Below, piece after piece: positions 1 through 12,347 of a stretch of DNA of 64,000 nt. The stretch is from Podarcis bocagei (Eukaryota): assembly GCA_964188305.1 (NCBI GenBank), contig OZ076887.1, one strand, 5' to 3'. The notes below the pieces were generated by a model, which was not told the origin of the DNA, made no database searches, and saw only the letters and a program-made list of their open reading frames with translations. The first letter of the stretch is position 1, and each line of letters opens with the position of its first letter. A program made the translations under genes and the position numbers.

Positions 1-963
1 AACTAATATAGCCCCCAAATAAAATCTAATAAAATACATATGTATTGGACATGATCTCAAGTTGTTAGAAATTTCACTTTTTGACTATATATGAGAATCT
101 GCAATACTAAGCTACAGTGAGTTTAGTTTACCTCACCATGATGAAAACATTCACTGGTATTCTCAGCTATTAAGTCTGTGCTTCCACAAAGTCTGGTACC
201 AAAGACTTGCTGATTTACTTCTTAAAGCTATGAATTCTTATTTTTAAACCTCTAGTTATTGCTTTAAAGAATTTTTCATCTACTGACCATACTCTTACAA
301 ATGCATTTTCCAGGAGCTGAAGGATTTCTAGCAAGGTATTTCCTGAAGAATGCAAACTATTCCCGATGCGTTACTAGTTTATTTCTAATCAGTCCTTAAA
401 ACACTTGAGACAAAAATGATTGTACAGCTTTCAGTTTCAACATCATCAAACATGTGTATACAACTTCCAGCTTTTTGTTGAATTAAACTGGAGTGTGTTG
501 AATTAAACTAGAATGTTAAATCTTCAGATTATTTATCAAATGTTTACAATTTTCACAGCATAGTCCTTTGTTGGTTAACAAGTGACTCATTTAGAATAAC
601 TAGCCTCCTGCAGCCAAAGATCTGGCTGGCTACTTCTTCACAATATTTGGAATTCATCCTACTCAAGCTCCTCACTGCCTCTTAGAACTCCTTAACTGGA
701 GGTCCCACAATTTCTATTATGTGTCTTTTGTTTGCGCTCCTCTAGTTGCATTTAGGGTGGGTAGGTAAGTAGCGTAGTGCATAGCCAGCACCTGGAAGCA
801 TGTTGGGTAGTGAGCACATCACTGATCACCTGCTATTATTGGTCAACTTGGGAGGTTGCTGCATGGTTTTGTGCAACCAAGGCCTGGTAGGTGCCACCTT
901 CTGAATGCTGGCACCTGCCAAGTAGCATATCATGGATTCCCTTTATGGGAAGATGGCTATTTG

Positions 964-1098
964 CTGTGTTATTTTTATAGGAAAAGAGGTGCTGGAACTC
1001 ACCATGAATGCCTACATTGTTCTGTTATAATGGCAATGGCGCCCACCTGAGAGATGCCAGAAGTGAGTTCCGGCGCATTCCAGCTGAAGAAAGCCCTG
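964..1098 (-). mobile_element. Short non-autonomous hAT-type MITE (~135 bp)
   Basis: Degenerate TIRs (ctgtgttatttt / aaagccctg); near-perfect 8-bp TSD gctatttg (956-963) / gctgtttg (1099-1106); reverse-complement homolog of 4047-4181 (strand is relative to that copy). Confidence 0.75.
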
Positions 1099-2869
1099 GC
1101 TGTTTGCCTCCTATCATGCCAGCTTGGGTGATAGAGTTTATCTAGGGTGGAACTTATCTAATGCTGAATCTTGAGAATTACTTACTGATAAGGAAGTAAG
1201 AAAACCTGGCAGTGGGGGGTGGCTGCTTTTGGCACACGTTCATTGACTGTGTGTTCTCATCTAATCTTTCTTGACTGCAGTGATGCAAAATCAACTTACC
1301 TGTTTTCCTTTGAAAAGGTGAACAGGGTAGGCACAGATGTGCACATGTGTGTCATTGCAGAATGAACAATGTACCCTCTGGAGTGAACACACCCACCTGT
1401 TGATGGATCTGAGTCTGTGGCAAGTGGTAGTGATTTGAAGGCGACACTACATTTACTCACCCTGATCCCAGGAAGTGAGCACCACCGCTGCCTGGTTGCA
1501 GAAAGGTTAAACAGAGAATATTTTGGGGGCTAAATAAGATCCCTTCTAGTTTCAACGTCTAAAGCCCTGCTTGTCTTGAGAACTCAATACCTAATGCTCC
1601 TTTCTGTATGTATCTATCTCCATTCCCTCAAGCTCAAATCCAGAGGGTGGCCACTAGAGAAAGTCCCCACCCCACCCCAAAGGACCCTAGCTGTGGAATG
1701 TTCTCTCTAGGGAAGCTCACCTGGCACACCACCCTTTTGGCACCAGACTTAAGTTTTTTTCTGTTTTCTCAGGCCTTTTAAAATCTTGATTTTAGTAACT
1801 AGGATATGGCTGGTGGCTTGAAGTGCCAGTCTTAGATGGTCATTTCACTTCTTGTGCTCTTTATAATATTTTATTGTTCTGGTCTTTTGTATGGTTTTGT
1901 ACACTTGTTGAATTTTTAAAAAAGATTATTGTGGATTTTCATTTATACCATCATCTTGCTGTTACGTTTTATTTTTCTGTCTTGATGCCTGGAGAATTTA
2001 TTTTATGAGGAGTCTCAGAAGCACAGAAATAATAATTAATTTTCTCCCTCTTCAAATGGATTGATTCCCATAAATCACATTTTCACAAGTCTGCATTCCA
2101 TCTGTCCATTTTCTTGATAGAATGAAAAGCAATAAACTGCAACAATCTGCAAGCTTCTTCAAATAAAGGTCTGGGTGACACCCTGAAATTAAAGCTCAGT
2201 GAAACTTTCTATTGCAGTGGAGCTTCAGTTGGTTTAAGCCTACATGCAGAGCAAAATCCAGGAAGAACAATTTCTTCTGAAATTGGCATTATGTTATTTG
2301 TTGTACTTTTATTTATTATGCAGTTTTAATTATGTATTTTTGGGGGATTGTAGTTTATTGATATTTGCCAGCTGACCTGGGAAAGTACTTGTGAAAAGTG
2401 GTGTATTTATATTTAAATACATATTTCCCATGATGTTGATGTATTGTCAGCACACATGATGCTTTACTGTTAAACATAAGCAAAAAAGATGCTGCTCAGA
2501 GCGAGGGTGGTGTGGGTGGAAGCAGAAGCCAGAAAATAGTGGAGATGTGAAAATGCAGTTGCACTTTGATTTCAGTTATGTGAAGTCTCAGTTCTGCTCT
2601 GAATGTGATATTGGGCTTATTGCCAAATGTGATGGGGCAAATCCAGCTATTTAGAATGTGACAGCTACTAGGAACATGCAGCCAAAAGTTGGACTAATTG
2701 GTACGAATCAGTATGCATAATCCAACCTCATTCTCATCCTGCTCCCTCCCTTTCTATGGTAGTCTGTTCACAGTGCTACAATGTTAGTAAAAACCACAAC
2801 ATTGGGAACAATGGGACAGTGACTATTAGGGTTGAGCAAAGAAATGTAACCGCAATGACTTGTATACTA

Positions 2870-3290
2870 TGGGTGGTGTTGGGTAGAAGTGGCTGGACGT
2901 ATGGAACTGAATAAGGAGCAAGTCATGGGGAAGACCACTGCAGGGGCCAGCTCACATGGCAGATAAAGCATTGGGCTGGATCCTTAGTTGAGCAGTGCCT
3001 CGTTAAAGGGGTCCAGGAGTGGTGACTCTGTCCAGGAGCTCACACAGGGGCCGATGGGCCAAACCCCCTTGCAGAAATGGTGGCCGTGGCATCCGGTCCG
3101 TGTCAGGGGTGACTCCCCAGCACAGGATCAACCCCACAGAGTTCCGATCAGCCAGCATTCAGGCAACTTGATACATGCCCAGTGCCATGCCCAAACCTTC
3201 TTGCACCTGCAATCAATAAATTATACCCAATGCCAATCTCTTGTGTTCATTTCTATGGTCTACCCCACACTAGGCTGCAGGCATCATCAC
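2870..3290 (+). mobile_element. Probable degraded DIRS-like/LTR-like terminal fragment
   Basis: GC/CpG-richer island ending in aataaa...ccaatctcttgtgt; shares the gttaaaggg motif with 29900-30390. Resemblance only. Confidence 0.3.
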
Positions 3291-4046
3291 ACACCCCTGA
3301 CAGCAACTGGAACCAGAGTGCAGCCTGTGCATTGCAGGCAAGTGGGATTTGGTTAGATAAGGGAAACGAGGAAATCTGGGGTTGTGAGATCAGGAGCCAA
3401 AGGCCATAGGTTTACCTTGAAGAATTGTGTAGAGGTGTGATTCTGCAAGGTGGAGAGAGGAAATAGAATTTTATATCCTGGAAGACGCCATGTCTGGCTA
3501 GAATCCTGAACAGAAGGACTTTACACTGCAACATTTTGTTGCAGACCCACTTTTAGATAGATTGAGTAATAGCCTGTCCATAAAAGAAGGTTCATCTAGC
3601 AGTTTGCCCTTTGACACTCTACTCATTCTTTCTGTTTCATAATACAGTAACTCTTCCATGGAGAGCATCTTGTGGGTGTTCTCCTTATCAGTCTCAGTGC
3701 CAAGGTGTCATATATCCTTTATCTCTTTCATAATAGTTAGACAGAGATCTTTGTACTTTCTTACTTTGTTTCTTTTTCCACTTAGGAGCAGGGAAGCATC
3801 TCTGGTCATTTCTGTTTCCTCTTGGTGCCAAATGGACTTCTGTTAGAGGAAAATTAGTAATACTTGCCTAATGTAGTTGATAAGAAAATCAGGGATTGAT
3901 ATTTGGCAGCTGAGTTTTAATTGCATTTATAAGTATATCCCAGAAGTGTTTTTTCTGAGTTCAACACTGAACATTTAATTTCTAGAACTGTCACAGAAAA
4001 AGGCCTACTTGACGGACTGACTGAATGGCTAAGGAAATATTCTTAT

Positions 4047-4181
4047 GGGCTTTTTTCTCATCCAGAACTCGCCGGAACTCAGTTCCGGCACCTCTCAGAT
4101 GGGCGCCATTGCTATTATAAGAGAAAAGGGGAAGTGTTCATGGTGAGTTCCAGCACCTCTTTTTCTAGAAGAATAGCCCTG
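4047..4181 (+). mobile_element. hAT-type MITE, same family as 964-1098
   Basis: gggcttttttc...gaatagccctg termini; cttatggg repeated at 4042-4049 and 4182-4189 (TSD, left end partly collapsed). Confidence 0.75.
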
Positions 4182-5931
4182 CTTATGGGCATACTTTTGG
4201 GGAATCACTTTATATGTATCCGTTTCTCACTAGGTGCCAATAGTTAAATTACATTTGAATGAGCTATAGTGATTCAAATTTTGTTGCAATGGTAGTTTTT
4301 CTTTTTATAAAGAGTGTAGCTTGGTACGATGTGTCGAACTTCAATGCTGATCTTTTACTCCCATAACTCCAGAAGGACTCAATATTGTTATTGCACCTGC
4401 TTTTCATCACCTGTAAGTCTATTTCACAGCCCATTTGTGAAGCCTTAAGGTGAAATGGTGACTGTCTCCCACTAAATTCATGGCAAATCAGAGTCTGACT
4501 CTTTGAGATCAGAGACTAAGCAATCTTATTATATCTGCCAGGATTTTCGGGATGTTCTTTTTGGAAGAAAGTTCAGAAGATGGAGAAAGGTAAAAACAAA
4601 ATCCATATATTGATATATGAAGCTTGATCTTGATGGGACTGGCATCTTGCCTCATCATTATTTTTGTTACATGCTTGAGAGATTCACATAAGTCTTAAAG
4701 GAGTTATTCTATGTGTGTGTCACAATTTGACCAATTATTGTAATACAAGAGATCTTTTTAAACTTCAGAAAGTAGAGAGCAGACAAGCTTGGCATAAAAT
4801 GCAAAGTTCTCATACTTTCCTATGAAAGTTAATTTGATTCACTTATTACAAGATTTAAATTATGAAAATATTTCACTAGTAAATGAAGAAAGTGAAGCAA
4901 TAACTTCAGAATTCAAATTATGTTTTGGAGCAAGAACTCTCTGAGGTTGCTTCATATCTGTCTTTGATAGGGTTATTGTGTAACAACGATCAGCAAAGCT
5001 GTTAAATCCTCAAATATTGATTGAATTATCTGTCCTTTTGGAAAGTTTTCATAGAGGTCCAACCTTTCTTATTTGTGCCACAGGCTTTGTTTTCTAACTC
5101 TGAATGCTAGAATCTTGTTTTACTTCTTGGATATCTTATATAAAAATGTGAACACATCCCTGAGAGTAAGCCTTTCAGCCAAAACTCGCCCACATCTTCA
5201 AAGCTCAAAATGCCAATAGATGCCTCCTCCATTCTCAAGAGACATTCTCTGAACTGCCTTCTCCATTAACCATTCTGATAAATCTTTAAATCTGGGTGTG
5301 CACTTGTGCGATACTTAATAATACATTTTTGGAATGGATTAGCAAAGTTTAGAAAAGTTTAGAAAAAGAGGGTAGTTTAATTATTTTTAATTTTTAATTT
5401 TTATTTGTATAAAATAAATTGAATCTTGTCAGGCTTCAACATTTCCCTTCCGGGGTGGGGTGGGGAGAGGAATCCAGTAAGTAGGATAAACCATAAACTT
5501 AATGGAGAAAAGATTGACTTCAAATTTTGCAGTGAGATACTATATCACTAAAGAATTTTTTTCTAAACAATTTATTCTTCCTCTGTCTGAAAAGGGGGAG
5601 GTGAGAAAAAGTTTCTTGCAACGGAGGAATAGAATTTACATACAGAAGCATGAATATTTTAAACACAGACTTTAAAATCTTAACTTCTTTAATATTTTCA
5701 GTTTTACATATCAGACAAACCATCAGTAGTAATTCTAACTTCAATTAGATAGAGAATAATGCAATGGGGAATTTATAATGCTGTCTGTCTTGCCTCAAAC
5801 AGATGTTTGAAATGTTTGTAACAACAACAGAAAACACATGAAAGATGATGTGTCTCTTCCTGGCAGGCCCCCCGCCCCCCAAAAACCCCTCTGTAGCTGT
5901 TTGTATGAGGCTTTGAAAATGAAATTCAGCT

Positions 5932-6406
5932 TAGGGTCACCAGACGTCCCCGGTTCCCAGGGACAGTCCCCAGATTTGCAAATCTGTCCCCAGGAAATGT
6001 GGCAGCGGCAGCCTCAGCAGCCCGGAGCCAGCCTGGTAGCACAGTTGGCTCTGGCTGGCTTCAGGAGCTGCTCGCTGCTGTGGCGCTCACCATTTTTCCT
6101 CACCGGAAGTCCCCATATGATGTGTCTTGTGCACCTATGACGTGTCTTGTGCGATCCCCTTCCCCCTTTATTTTGACTGATCAGGGGAGGCTCAGGAGTC
6201 ACGGGCAGACGGCATTGCCCAGTTTTTAAAAAACTCTGTGCATTTATGTTTCACAGGGTGCGAAAGAAGGGCTTTGCACTTTTATACAATATGCATGCGT
6301 GCTTGGGCCCAGGGTCTTTTGCCTCACCATCTCCACTACTGACTCCCTGTTGCTACTCAGCTTAAAAAAAAAAATGTCCCTGGATTCATTGAATCTGGTA
6401 ACCATA
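5932..6406. mobile_element. Non-autonomous hAT (Blackjack-like) element
   Basis: TIRs tagggtcaccaga / tctggtaaccata with subterminal gtccc/gggac motifs; TSD only partly retained (attcagct / tcttagct). Confidence 0.65.
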
Positions 6407-6690
6407 TCTTAGCTGCCACTATGCTTGTCTGTGGAAATATAGTGCAGAGCAGAAACAACGAAACCCTGCATCCAAGTGCATCCTTGCTCCTGTACTGTAC
6501 CACTCCTTCAGAGCCTGGCTTCAGCCTGAGCAAGTCATCCTTCTGGCTATGCTTCCACCCGCTGCCTTCTAGCTGGAGATATGAGAAAGAACCGCAGTGA
6601 AGAGCCTGCCTCTGCTCCACCATATACTGCTGGCACTCTGCTGGTTTCTGTTTGAGTCATTGAGCCCTGACTGTCTTTATACGTGTTGAA

Positions 6691-6759
6691 ATGCAGGGGG
6701 AGAAGTGGGGGTGCAACCAGACAGTTCCACCTGCAAATTGTGTTGGTCGAGCAGGCAGC
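6691..6759 (+). CDS. Candidate alternative first coding exon A of an unidentified host gene (MQGEKWGCNQTVPPANCVGRAGS, phase 0)
   Basis: gaaATG start, 23 open codons, donor AGC|gtatgt at 6759/6760, in repeat-free sequence; a long-range complementary box lies 113 nt downstream. No transcript or homology support. Confidence 0.35.
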
Positions 6760-6872
6760 GTATGTTACAATTTAAAAAAAAAAATAAAACGAGCAAATAG
6801 TGAGGTGTAGAAGTAGAAAGAGAGGACAGAGAGAGAGAGAGTCAAACTTTGCCTATCCTGCCCTGGTCCCAA

Positions 6873-6904
6873 AGTAATAACTTTGCTATGTAACACCCCC
6901 ATTA
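6873..6904 (+). promoter_or_regulatory. Complementary box 1 of a long-range inverted repeat (pairs with 12315-12347)
   Basis: agtaataactttgctatgtaacaccccc (6873-6900) is the exact reverse complement of 12320-12347; atta (6901-6904) extends the pairing past one bulged G. Confidence 0.7.
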
Positions 6905-7780
6905 AACTACACTATCAGGTCAATCAAAGGGTACATCATTTATTTCCTCTTGGCCCCACTAGGCAACCACATGCTATAATCAAGGCTGGTCTGGATTGAA
7001 TATCCAAGCCGCCTGCCTTTTTCAGACTGAGCAATCCTTTTCCTAGGTGTGGCTTTCCTATTGGAATGCATCCGCTCTTACCATACCCAAAAAGCCTTGC
7101 AACAGGTGCTTGGCGAAGGACTGTTTTATTTTCATGTGATGTAAATAATCGTACCATGAGCTGTGCCTATTTTACAATCATTAAAATGTCCAGTCTCTAA
7201 GGGAGACATCATAGTTTGAAGCACTTTGCTGAAGTATTGATAAACTACCATCACTATGCAGTTCGCTCTTAGGAACTGCTTCGGGGCCCCTATTTCAACT
7301 GAAAAGCACGCTGTCAAACAAAATAGCTTATGGAATTTTCTATTGTCTCTTTTATAACTCACTATTATGAAGAAAAGGTTTTTCCCCCAAGCTTGGATTT
7401 AATAACTGCAACCCAGTTCCAAGTTATTAATGGATTTATAAGATTACTGATTCCCAGGTGTACAGTGGGGGTGGGGGGCTCTCCTATTTGCTTTTTAGGA
7501 ACTTGATATTACTTTTGTTCCTCTGATATTCCCTCCCTTTTCCCCTCATATTTATTTCAGAAAATAGGTTGAAGAAAACTGGGGATTTTATGCCTTTCCC
7601 ATAAAAAATATATAAATTTACAAAGTACAAATAGCATAAAAGGCAGAGCAGAACTCTTTCAAGAACCCGAAACAGTGCAACTCTGTCAAAACTTCACAAG
7701 GAGGAATTTGAAAGTTGAGTGACAGCATTCTACAACTCACATGCCCAGAACCTAGTTGGAGATGTCGTCTTGCCTTAGAT

Positions 7781-8130
7781 CAGGAGTCGGCAAGCTTACG
7801 GAACGATGGGTTGGTCCACACTCGGTCCATCGGGGGATGGGCCAGAGCGTGTGCGCATGCATGCTCTTCTGGGCCAGAGGAGCACCCGTGCTCATGCACA
7901 CACACTATGGCGCTACTCCATCCCGTACGCGTGTGCACACACTATTTCTGGCACACATCCGGGTCGGAGGAGCGCCTGTGCGTATGTGCACAGGCGCCAT
8001 CAACCCGGAAGTCGGTCCCCGTGCTGTGCTGGTAAGAGGGGGCAGCAGAGGGCACAGGGGTTACCCTGGGCCGGATAGACGAGCTCCATGGGCCAGTACT
8101 AGCCCATGGGCCTTAGGTTGCTGACCCCTG
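7781..8130. mobile_element. hAT (Charlie-like) MITE, 350 bp
   Basis: TIRs caggagtcggcaa / ttgctgacccctg; perfect 8-bp TSD ccttagat at 7773-7780 and 8131-8138; CpG-rich. Confidence 0.85.
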
Positions 8131-9487
8131 CCTTAGATGAACCTTTTGCTCATGAAAGGAGCTCCCTGTAGCCGAATCAATGTGTTTATTCCTTACAGGT
8201 CAGAGGATAGGCTCAGATGACAGGTGCACTTCGCTCTTGAAAATAGTGGCCTGGTTGTTAGCCGCACAACACACAGCTGCAAACTGTGCATGTAATGGTA
8301 AGCATCACAAAATGAAAAGTAAGGGTTAAAATTCTTCCCTTTTTGTCTAAATGCTTGAATCTTCTGTTTGAACAACCTGCTTACATTGCAGTATAAGCAC
8401 AAGAGCCTATTTCATGCTGTCTTGCGGTACATTCACTCTTGGAGCAACCCGATGCTGAAGGTAGTATAGGTGCTTAGGGCGCAGAGTTTAGATGCCCATT
8501 TCCCCACTTCCTCTCCAGCAGTGTTCTGTTCCCATCCTTTCAGCACTAAAAATCAAATGGAGGGGACACAGCACTGAATCAGCATCAATTAGAATGGCCA
8601 GTAACCGACTCCATTATGTCCTTTCAGCCATGGCTTTGTGGAGAACTTCCAGATGGTTGAATCTGTCAACCACTGTCTTTGGAACCCAAGTTCTCTTAAG
8701 GCGTTGTTCAAAACTGGCAATTTGTTGTTCAGTTGTTTTAGGAGTAGAAATCACCTCACTGGTTGTCTTGAAAAATGTTTTCTCTCTTTATAAGGCACTG
8801 AGATTTACGAGTTAATTAGGCACCTCTTTTCTTCCTAAATTGGCTTTTCATATCTAAGGTTTAATGATCCAAAGCCAAACAATAGTGCCAGTACATGGCT
8901 TTTTAATTTTTACCCAAATCATTCTTATGTTTTTTGGAATGTTTTTAATCCTCCAGTCACTTGGTTCACCCTGAAAGCTTGACTTGCATGTATGAAGTCT
9001 GTGGGAAAAAGAATTATCTTAATTTTTCATTCAATAAACCTCTCAATGAGAAATCAACATTTCATTACCACCTTTGTTTAAAATTAAGATTAATGTTTTA
9101 ACATGCCTACATACATTCAAGACTATATTTTCTCTGGATTTCTTGGCATGAACCATGGACACATTTTTCTTTTATGTCTATCGTTCTTTTCCCTAGGAAG
9201 TAACTTGCCAGTTGTTTACAAAAAGAATAACCTGATTTGAATAATAATAATAATTTCTATATTTATTGAGGTGGAGATGTGAGTATGGCAGGAAAGAGAT
9301 GACAACCATAGATGATAATATAGGTTTTTCACTAGTTGTTTCAACTTATTTTCTTTTCTTACTTTTTTCTTTTCTTTTCTCCTGGACAGTGAGTTAGTAG
9401 AAGTAACTGATTTATTGTCCAATTTGTTGCCCAATGTCTTTGCTTGTTTTCTGACATGTGAAAGCTTCCGCACAGAAAACAATTTTA

Positions 9488-9729
9488 CAGTGGTACCTCG
9501 GGTTACAGACGCTTCAGGTTACATACGCTTCAGGTTACAGACTCCGCTAACCCAGAAATACTACCTTGGGTTAAGAACTTTGCTTCAGGATGAGAACAGA
9601 AATTGTGAGGCGGTGGTGCGGTGCCAGAGGGAGGCCCCATTAGCTAAAGTGGTACCTCAGGTTAAGAACAATTTCAGGTTAAGAACGGACCTCCGGAACG
9701 AATTAAGTTCTTAACTTGAGGTACCACTG
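9488..9729 (+). mobile_element. Tc1/mariner (Tigger-like) MITE, copy 1 of 4
   Basis: TIRs cagtggtacctc...gaggtaccactg, TA TSD, internal caggtta repeats; highly similar to the copies at 21658, 30720 and 41844. Confidence 0.9.
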
Positions 9730-9924
9730 TACATCCTTTTACCACACAAGATTGCTTAGCTTTGGTACCATTTTTAAAAAAGGTTTCTTTATTGTGTAAT
9801 CCTAGTCAAACAAGAGAGCATGTAATGAATGTGGTGATGTCATACTAATCAGATTTGGTTATGTGATAATATCGCTAAAGGCAAATTAAACTGTCTATTT
9901 GCCCTCACTTTGAGTCACACGTAC

Positions 9925-10146
9925 CACCTTGCCCCCATGATAGAGGGGGGCCCAGGGCCGAGTGAAATCAGTGACCTGTGCATGCATGCCCCGCATTGTG
10001 TGTGCATGATGTCAGCGCACACCACAGTGTGTTGGCATTGCATGCACACACCTGGCAGTGTGCATGTGTGGCCGCTGCAGAAGTTGGGGGTGGCCCTCTG
10101 AATTAGAATTTTGTGGGGGCCAGCCCCCCCCTACTTGGCACCTCTG
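9925..10146. mobile_element. Degraded MITE remnant
   Basis: GC-rich with tgcatgc/acac motifs and a 3' end ttggcacctctg of the kind seen on short squamate DNA elements. Confidence 0.35.
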
Positions 10147-10279
10147 CTTTGACTAGCTGGAGGGAAAGTATATATCCAATTCTTTTTTTAGTTCTTGTTT
10201 TTAATGGGTGCTGAAACCCATATCTTGATGAAAGTGCTATGGATGCCAGCACAAAATGGCTGCCATGGGCGGCAGCAAA

Positions 10280-10960
10280 AATAATAATAAATAAAAATGT
10301 GATGATACTCTGTATCAGTGAGTTTGGTCACAACCCCACTATCACCACTGCATATACTGTTTGCTAGGGCAACCTTGCTGATGCTGATGGTCTTGCTGTC
10401 AGGGTATTTGCTTTTTGCTTTTGCCTGTATGCACCGCACCACAATATTTTGCCCCAATCTAATTCTAATCATACATAGTTCCACATGATGATCTTGGACA
10501 GAATAGAATATGCTTCAATTTAAAAGCAAAGTTGTGTAGATGGACGACACCTGCACATCCAGATGTGGATGTTATCAATTGTACTACATTGACTTTGCAT
10601 GATGGTTTGCAAGAATTCATAAACGGTCATCTCATTCACTATACCTCAACCCCTGTAAATGTAACAAGCTCCAGAGTTCCTGTTATTGTAGCTAGGGATG
10701 GAGTAGGGATGCAATGTGCTTCTGATAACTTCTGAGCATCTAGGAAATGAGGTGATCCTCTACTCCTTTCTGCACCCCTGGAACTAGCGACCAGAACAGT
10801 GAATTTCTCCTGAAGGATTCTGGCAACTACACATTTTGGGTTCACTAACAAGGCCAGTCAAAATACTAAGACCTTTGAGTGACAATACCCAACACACTGA
10901 TTCCTCCTACTGGTAAACTGTGTACAGCCGAACTGTACAGGTTCCGCATAAATCAGCTTT
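10280..10960 (-). mobile_element. Possible old RTE-clade LINE 5' fragment (5'UTR plus endonuclease start)
   Basis: Minus-strand frames give degenerate APE-like motifs in the expected order (WNVRSL-like near 10680; MIRIRLGQNIVVRCIQ; ICSGD), with frameshifts. Confidence 0.35.
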
Positions 10961-12204
10961 TGTAGCTGGAGTCAGTCTTAGCCCTGCCCTCCCAGGCCAG
11001 GTGGGAAAAGGCCGGAAAGGCAGGAAGCAGATCTTCCAGGACTCACAGCCAAGATGGTATCTGGCTTTTCAGCAGCCTCAGCTTTCAGTATACACTGATA
11101 CTGCTGAGTATTGTATTAAAGACTATGGCTATATCATATTTCTTCTCCTCTGATAATCTGACTTGAATGCATCAGGGACTTTGATCTTTGTGAATTCCAA
11201 GCTAAATTGACCTAAGCTACTCCTTCTCAGCTAATGTGTGGGCTGAAACGTAGTTATCCAGTAGTTGTTTGCTTCCTGGCTGTTCCAATGCAGATCTCAG
11301 CTCAAAACAAGAGAAAATACATCCATAATGCATATTTGGGGTTGGGGAGAACTATTTAGAAATGTGTATTTTGAAAGTAAGCATTTTCTTTAAATACTAT
11401 CTGAATGCATATTTCTCTGTAGATAATTGTTGATTGAAAAGGACATTTAATGCAGAGATTTCCATGGTAAGGAAAGCACATTTTTACAGTTCTCAGTGAG
11501 CAGTGCATTTTCTGGGGAAATGCCAGCAGATTCTTGCCCAAGGTAGCACATCAGTTATAGTAGATAGTACAGAAGAGTATTGCAAACCTTATTAGAGAAT
11601 AATATTATAATAGAAAAATCTTATTTCTATCTTTAAGAAGACAGAAATCATGATTAGAAATCTGTATGAAAACCAGAATAATGCAGATTTAAGGTACAAT
11701 TAGTAATCTGGTAGCAGGTGCGTTTGCAATGAATAGGGGAAAAAATGTTTTGAGTTGACAGAGAATTGTATATTAATTCAAAAGGAAGGAGGCATTGCAA
11801 ATTCTTAAATGCTCGTGAAGTTGTTTAAATTGTTAAAGCTAAATTAGATTGTTAAAGGTCTTGCCACTCCCTATGACTTCTTTAAATTAGCACTGCACTG
11901 CAATTGTCCTCCCCTTTTAATAACAGTAATAGCATTAATAACTATTTCCTGTTTGTGGATTGTGGCTCAAAGCAATTCTTTCTACTTCTTGACTTCCAAT
12001 ATTTGCAGTTTGTTTCATGCAGAGCTATTTGCAAACTGTTGCCAGATTAGACTTGAAGTAAGCTGATTTTTATCAAGCCACCGGGTAATTCTGACCATTT
12101 CATCTGACAGTTTTAGTACTGTACCATGGCAGCTGACCTGTGTAAGTGAAGGATTAGAGTAGCATCAGTATACTGAGAAATATTTTTGGAAGCATTCTTT
12201 CAAC

Positions 12205-12219
12205 ATGTGCTCATTAAAG
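12205..12219 (+). CDS. Candidate alternative first coding exon B, coding end (MCSLK, phase 0)
   Basis: aacATG start, strong donor AAG|gtaaga at 12219/12220; several hundred bp of repeat-free sequence upstream (possible UTR/promoter); complementary box 95 nt downstream. Confidence 0.4.
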
Positions 12220-12314
12220 GTAAGAGAAAAATCTATTGCCTTTTGTGTTTCAAACAAAAGATTTACCGAGGTCTGTTGGCATTTTCAGTTTTGTTAAAAA
12301 AGGAGGCTTTAAAA

Positions 12315-12347
12315 TAATGGGGGGTGTTACATAGCAAAGTTATTACT
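12315..12347 (+). promoter_or_regulatory. Complementary box 2 of a long-range inverted repeat (pairs with 6873-6904)
   Basis: taatg-gggggtgttacatagcaaagttattact; 28 nt perfectly complementary to 6873-6900. Confidence 0.7.

Noticed and set aside
476-515. Short tandem microduplications (also near 13120, 14583, 37430)
   Set aside because: Two-copy 17-21-bp slippage duplications; ordinary.
10289-10387. C/D box snoRNA (gtgatga...ctga)
   Set aside because: No terminal stem or recognisable guide sequence, and it lies in a probable LINE remnant.
6873-12347. Reading the 28-nt inverted repeat as the TIRs of a 5.5-kb DNA transposon
   Set aside because: No TSD (flanks ggtcccaa versus gtgatgcc), no transposase trace, and the interior is a mix of older repeats and exon-like unique DNA, which does not fit with perfectly preserved TIRs. 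Not formally excluded.
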